NCBI RefSeq assembly: GCF_001194135.2 | Contig: NC_068987.1 | Location: forward strand, 93,521,605 to 93,565,530 | Direction: 5' to 3' | Length of the DNA stretch: 43,926 bases | From: Octopus bimaculoides | Lineage: Eukaryota | Part shown: positions 38,764 to 43,926 of the stretch, one piece after another | Layout: each line of letters starts with the position of its first letter | How positions within the stretch are numbered: the stretch's first letter is position 1 | Made by a program: the position numbers and the translations under genes | Notes under the pieces: model-generated | Told to the model about the DNA's origin: nothing | What the model saw: only the letters and a program-made list of their open reading frames with translations | Database searches by the model: none

Positions 38764-38877
38764 ATATCTCCTTTTCTTTTCACCTCTCTCTCTATCTTCT
38801 TCTCTATACATATGTATATATATATATATATATAATGTATATACGTGTATATGTGTGTATTATGCATATCATATATT

Positions 38878-38944
<67 letters not shown>

Positions 38945-39799
38945 GTCATGCAAATGCTTACTTGCGCCAATTTGAAAGAAAAAGAGGCAAAAATTCATAT
39001 ATTTAAAAAAATATTTTGACAGCTCTGAATAGCGTTATGGCTTTCTTGATCTTCTTTACTATTGAATTCCTAACCGTAAATGCGGGATGTTTTCAATGTC
39101 GATTATGTTTCAGCGAATGTTCATTCTCCGGAACTTTACTTCTGCAAGTTACATTTCTAACTGATGAGTTGATGTCATACATCATATATCTCTGTCTGCC
39201 GGTTCTTCTGGTACATCTCTCAAGAACAAACTTAGTTTGCACAAGCACAGCGTATCGCGCTGTCTTTCATGATATAGTCTTACTGCTAAATGATTTTCTT
39301 TCAGTTTCTTCAGGTATTATAAACAATCTCAAAAAAATTTCTTTTGTACTTTCAAAGATACCTTAGAACATATTTCTTGATGTTTTTGAAATCAAATTAC
39401 CAAATATGATCATGTTTGTTGACGCTCTGCGCATAGAACAGCGTTATGGTTGTAACAGAACTTAAAGCGAATACATTTAAATGGGGATTCCTTTAAACCT
39501 TGCTAATGAAGTTGCTCAGTTTCAGTTCTACAAGACGGTATACTATATGATTTATTTTGGAATAATTGAGAATGGAACAACCTTTGGATGTCTTTATTCT
39601 GCATGTCATAACGACCATAGTTCATGACTGTTATTGTGAACACTCTTTGTTTCCTCCCTGACAAAGAACCTTCTTATGAATTTTCAGTTATATAAACATA
39701 CGCGAGTGTGGCTGTGTAAAGCTCATGTTGTATAGTACATGTTGACACATATACATATGTGTATATATACGGAAGTGTATATACGCTTATATATACACA

Positions 39800-39908
39800 T
39801 ATGATGGACTGTCCCGTCTCGAAGACGACGTATGAGTATTTAGCTTTTGCCGAACGACCTTCACAAATGATTGGTTTAATAGCGATCAAATGTACGTGCT
39901 GTACCATT

Positions 39909-39944
<36 letters not shown>

Positions 39945-40124
39945 CTCTCTCCATCAAATCGGTGTTGCCTGGACAGGTGCACAGGTGTTCCACGCGTCAG
40001 GCATCGAAGTGATCGCACCGCAACCCGAGTTGAAGTGTTTTGTTCAAGAACACAACGGAGCAACCGGTCTAGGAGTTGAAATCACGATCGAAAATGCCAC
40101 TCCCTAACCACTAGGCCATACGCC
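39800..40124 (-). mobile_element. Near full-length tRNA-headed SINE-like element
   Basis: Minus strand begins ggcgtatggcctagtggttaggg (A box TGGCCTAGTGG), then a degenerate B box atttcaactcc and ttgtgttcttgaacaaaacacttc; two further copies in the window. Confidence 0.75.
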
Positions 40125-40283
40125 CTGACGCCTATACGTACACACGCTCACACACACACATATAAGAGGAAAAGAACAACACGTGTGCGTGCCCACACCG
40201 GTATTCTACTATCATTATTCTTCTATTTTATTCCGTATAAATTGCGAGTTTCCCTTTCTGGAACTTTCATACATACTCAACTT

Positions 40284-40359
40284 GTCTCTGATGACGGAAT
40301 ACCCAGTGTACGAGCAAGATAGCCTCTCACTTGGGATATCCCAGAAACAGCTGTAAGAC
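40284..40359 (+). ncRNA. Type I hammerhead ribozyme motif, probably within a Penelope-like terminal repeat
   Basis: Stem I GUCU/AGAC, core CUGAUGA (40288-40294), long stem II hairpin (40295-40343), GAAA (40344-40347), palindromic stem III ACAGCUGU and cleavage triplet GUA (40353-40355). Confidence 0.72.
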
Positions 40360-40582
40360 TTCAAAGTCACTTTACCCTATTGAAATTATTTCAAATGACT
40401 TGAGATACTCGTCCAGTCTTGGTTTTTGTTGTCCTTTTCCCTCTAATATTTACTTGTTAACACGGAAGCCTAATACAAATCCCTAGATCCAGCCTCAGCT
40501 GTCAACTTGGAATCTAACGGATGACCAACTATAGCACTTACGCAGCGCACCTATTCGTTTAGATCACCACTGAACTTAACCC

Positions 40583-40664
<82 letters not shown>

Positions 40665-41124
40665 GGAACAAAAAGGGGATAGAGGGCATTCAAACGTTCG
40701 GACAGATAGACGACACAAAGACAGGCAAGAGAAACAACAATTAGAAGGACAGGCAAAGAAAAGACGGGTTATTTTTGGATTTCTTTATTCAGCCAAGTAC
40801 AAAAAGTCACTACCATTTCGGGCAGTTACACTTGAGATGGTTCGCTCTGCTTGTCCCCCCAAAATTCTAAGCTAAGTGCATTAGACACCTGTGTAAGAAA
40901 GCTAGCGAATGTGTACGGCAACAAAGACGAAAATAAAAATAAAACGGAGAACATGGTACACAATTACGAATACAACAACAAGCAATAACAACAGGCGTCT
41001 TTCGACTGAGAACGATTTAAATTGAGCTGGCGTGTATGAAGTGAAAGCCTAAAGGGAGGAACATGGGAGATGGACACAAGATGTGTTGACGGTCGGCAGT
41101 CAGGCCAAGAAAGAAAGATCACAT

Positions 41125-41300
41125 GGAAGACGACTTATAAGTGTTCAGCTTTTGCCAACCGACCTGCACAAAGGATTTGTTGATTGTGATCAAATGTTTG
41201 TGGTGTACGTTAGCTCACTCGCTCCGTCGATTCGACTTTGCTTGAACAGGAGGTGCACGATGTACCACTACTCAGGTATCGAAGTGATACAATCAGTACA
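41125..41300 (-). mobile_element. SINE-like fragment (family of 39800-40124)
   Basis: agcttttgccaaccgacctgcacaaa...gatcaaatgt...aggtgcac...atcgaagtgat shared with 39830-40020. Confidence 0.7.
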
Positions 41301-42346
41301 ATTTGGGCACTGGTGTTGATGTCATCGACTTACTCTCTGCTCTGAAATCGATGGCTTCGATCTACCGAGTCAGAGATTCTGAAAGTCAACTTGCTTTCCT
41401 GAACGGTGAGCAGATGTGGTCTCCGTTTGTAAGACACGTTTTTTTCCGCATCTCATCTTTTTGAGGCAGCTGCAGTCCTGGGTCAAGAATAAACAGTTAC
41501 AGAGTGCCTAGTACCTAGAATGTCGTGTGAGGCACATCGAACTGTACTACATGGGCAATACGATCAATGGAATTTCCACTTTAGCAATATCTGGAAAACT
41601 TGTGATGGTATTTCGGGGAATCTTATGCCATCCACGAGTATGAAGTAACTGGCGTGTGTCGTAGGGCATTTAGCTGAGAGATTAATATGGAAAATGTCCA
41701 GACATTGCTGACCTGGCAGCACAATAGAGAGGGGCAACCGGTAAGAAATAAACTAGAGATGCACTGAAGAACGGCCAGCGTAACGACATCTTGCTCAACG
41801 CACTCCTGCAAAGTTCAAGCATTGCTGAATAGCAGAATTAAATCAAACAGGTTTTTTTTTTTTATTGTGTGAGGATTACCTAAACCCCTGCCTCTAACAA
41901 GCTGGGCAGGAAGTATTCCCTTGTCTAGTGCTTATGGAGAAATAGATTACATGATGGAGGAGGTTGAAATGATTAAGTGGAGAAAAGCTTCCCACTGGTC
42001 AAGCCATCATCATCATTTCCAAGTCTGACATGTAAAAGAAAGGAAGAGTGTCGAGGCAGCGCCATTCTCCAGAGAATGTTAAGTCATGCTAACGTGAGAA
42101 AACATTAATATCATTCTTGAAATAATTGTTGATATTGTTGACATTTTGGTAATTATAGTACAAATACTAATTCTCTGGGAATGTAAAGTAAGCATTATCG
42201 TGTGCATTGGAGTGAAACCAGCCATGATATCTTAAGTTAAAACCAATGGCGATAAGGCAAACGGTTAACGTATACAATCAATTTGTTATCATCATCATCA
42301 TCATTATCATCATCAGCAGCAGCAGCAGAGGAAGCAGTAAAAGCAG

Positions 42347-42392
<46 letters not shown>

Positions 42393-42412
42393 GCTACTAC
42401 TACTACTACTAC

Positions 42413-42456
<44 letters not shown>

Positions 42457-42459
42457 CAA

Positions 42460-42600
42460 AAATGGCTTAGCGGCATTTCTTCCGGCGATATGTTCTGAGT
42501 TCAAATTTCGCCGAGGTCGATTTTGCCTTTCTTCCTTTCAGGATAGATATGACAAGAACTACATAAGCACTGGGATCGATATAATAGTCTAGACACCACC
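42460..42600 (+). mobile_element. SINE-like fragment (family of 6901-7095)
   Basis: gcttagcggcatttc...gttctgagttcaaatttcgccgaggtcgattttgcctttc. Confidence 0.65.
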
Positions 42601-42620
42601 CACATAATTTCTTACCTTAT

Positions 42621-43222
42621 TTTCATTATTATCGTCATTATTATTATTATTATTATTATTGAGTAAGAGAGCAGGGCATGCCATCAAAGGGACATTGGGG
42701 TAAAATATACGAAGCTCAGTATACCCATCATGACTGCCCGTCTGATAAGGGTACACCAGGCACATGCATTGCAACCATATATGCGCGACATGGTGATCTC
42801 ATATCAAGATAAACAGCGCATGAACTCGCAGGTGAGGCCCATTTAGAATTTTCTTCAGGTCGAGTAGCCCATCCCGCTCAAAAGGTCCCTGAATAAGGGT
42901 TGTTTGAGGGTGTCGAGTGAAATACCCAGGTTTCCAAAGGTGAATTATTCAAACCCCATATAATTCCTCTCAACACATGACTATGATGCCCCCCCCCACT
43001 ACTTCTGCTCCTGATCAGAGATGCACATATCATCAGCCACCAAGGGACATGCTCAACTGGTTATGGTCAAACAACTGACAAACAAATCTGTGGTATTAAG
43101 CAGAATATTTGCTGTAGCCCATTTTTTATACCAAGACAAAACAATGTACGTGATAACACATCCAATCAATTAAGATGAGAAGCCATGTGAGCCACTGCTT
43201 GGTACTGCATCAGGGCATTTAT
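42621..43222 (-). mobile_element. ~560-bp element, copy 4 (full length with (AAT)n tail)
   Basis: Both the 5' end (ataataaatgccctgatgcagtacc) and the 3' end plus tail are present; collinear with copy 1. Confidence 0.88.
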
Positions 43223-43269
43223 TATTCTATACGGAGAAGGGTTTCTTCGCTCTCATTGGCTGTTCTTGA

Positions 43270-43550
43270 TCGGAATTCATGAGCACTCTCAACTGCATTT
43301 TTTGTTAAATCCTTTTGCACTAGCAGTATACTGCAGCAAGTTTTCTTTGCTGTTTATAAAATATTCTACTATTTTTCTTTTTTCACTGTTGATGCACATC
43401 CGTACGCTAATTAGCCCACGTCCACCTTTACCTCCATTCATGTAGAGCCTAAGTATAGTTGCCTTGGGGTGGGTGGAACCATGCATTGTCATTCTATTTC
43501 GGGTAGTGCGATCGAGTTGGTCAATCTCCGCTTGTGTCCATTTCAGAATG
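43270..43550 (-). mobile_element. R4/Dong-clade LINE RT-thumb fragment (lineage E)
   Basis: ILKWTQAEIDQLDRTTRNRMTMHGSTHPKATILRLYMNGGKGGRGLISVRMCINSE matches the Dong/R4 pattern W...E...LDR.TR..MT.HG..HPK.DV.RLY..R..GGRGL. Confidence 0.85.
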
Positions 43551-43637
43551 GGGAGATGAACCAACTCGATCGCACTACCCGCAAGACAACAATATGTGGT
43601 GCCCTCCACCCTAAGATGAATGTACACAGGCTCCACA
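43551..43637 (+). mobile_element. Short inverted second copy of the same Dong RT-thumb segment
   Basis: EMNQLDRTTRKTTICGALHPKMNVHRLH on the plus strand, head-to-head with 43270-43550. Confidence 0.8.
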
Positions 43638-43644
43638 TCATCAT

Positions 43645-43712
<68 letters not shown>

Positions 43713-43783
43713 GTGACAGCGACTGCAACATGAAGCACCAACATCAGCAACAGAGCAGCCATTATTGCCGCGGCAGCACTAAC

Positions 43784-43822
<39 letters not shown>

Positions 43823-43926
43823 TGTTGTGGTTGTGGTTGTGGTGGTGGTGACGGTGTGGTGGTGTTCATGGTGGTGTATCTTAATGAACGCTGACACTAT
43901 ACATACATGTATACATACATAAATAC

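Overview
Eukaryotic, AT-rich, microsatellite-saturated non-coding DNA with 11 N-gaps. The repeat content (dense TA/CA/GA/AAT tracts, tRNA-headed SINE-like repeats resembling those I recall from octopus) suggests a cephalopod, probably Octopus, draft scaffold; this is inference, not a database result. No intact, recognisable protein-coding gene is present, and almost all long ORFs in the track are microsatellite or N-gap artefacts. What can be read is a transposon graveyard. It holds fragments of about five distinct R4/Dong-clade (restriction-like endonuclease) LINE lineages and four copies of a ~560-bp non-coding element tied to (TAA)n tracts. It also holds a CR1/L2-type LINE joined to a Myb/SANT-like ORF, mariner and Tc1 transposase remnants, a ~760-bp MITE with modular TIRs, several SINE fragments and two coding-phase minisatellites. 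The most notable signal is a hammerhead-ribozyme motif at 40284-40359 in what looks like a Penelope-type terminal repeat. Other signals are a weaker hammerhead-like motif at 26840-26876, a 52-bp palindrome, a head-to-head Dong junction and one possible signal-peptide first exon. All family assignments come from manual translation and motif recall, and element boundaries are approximate.
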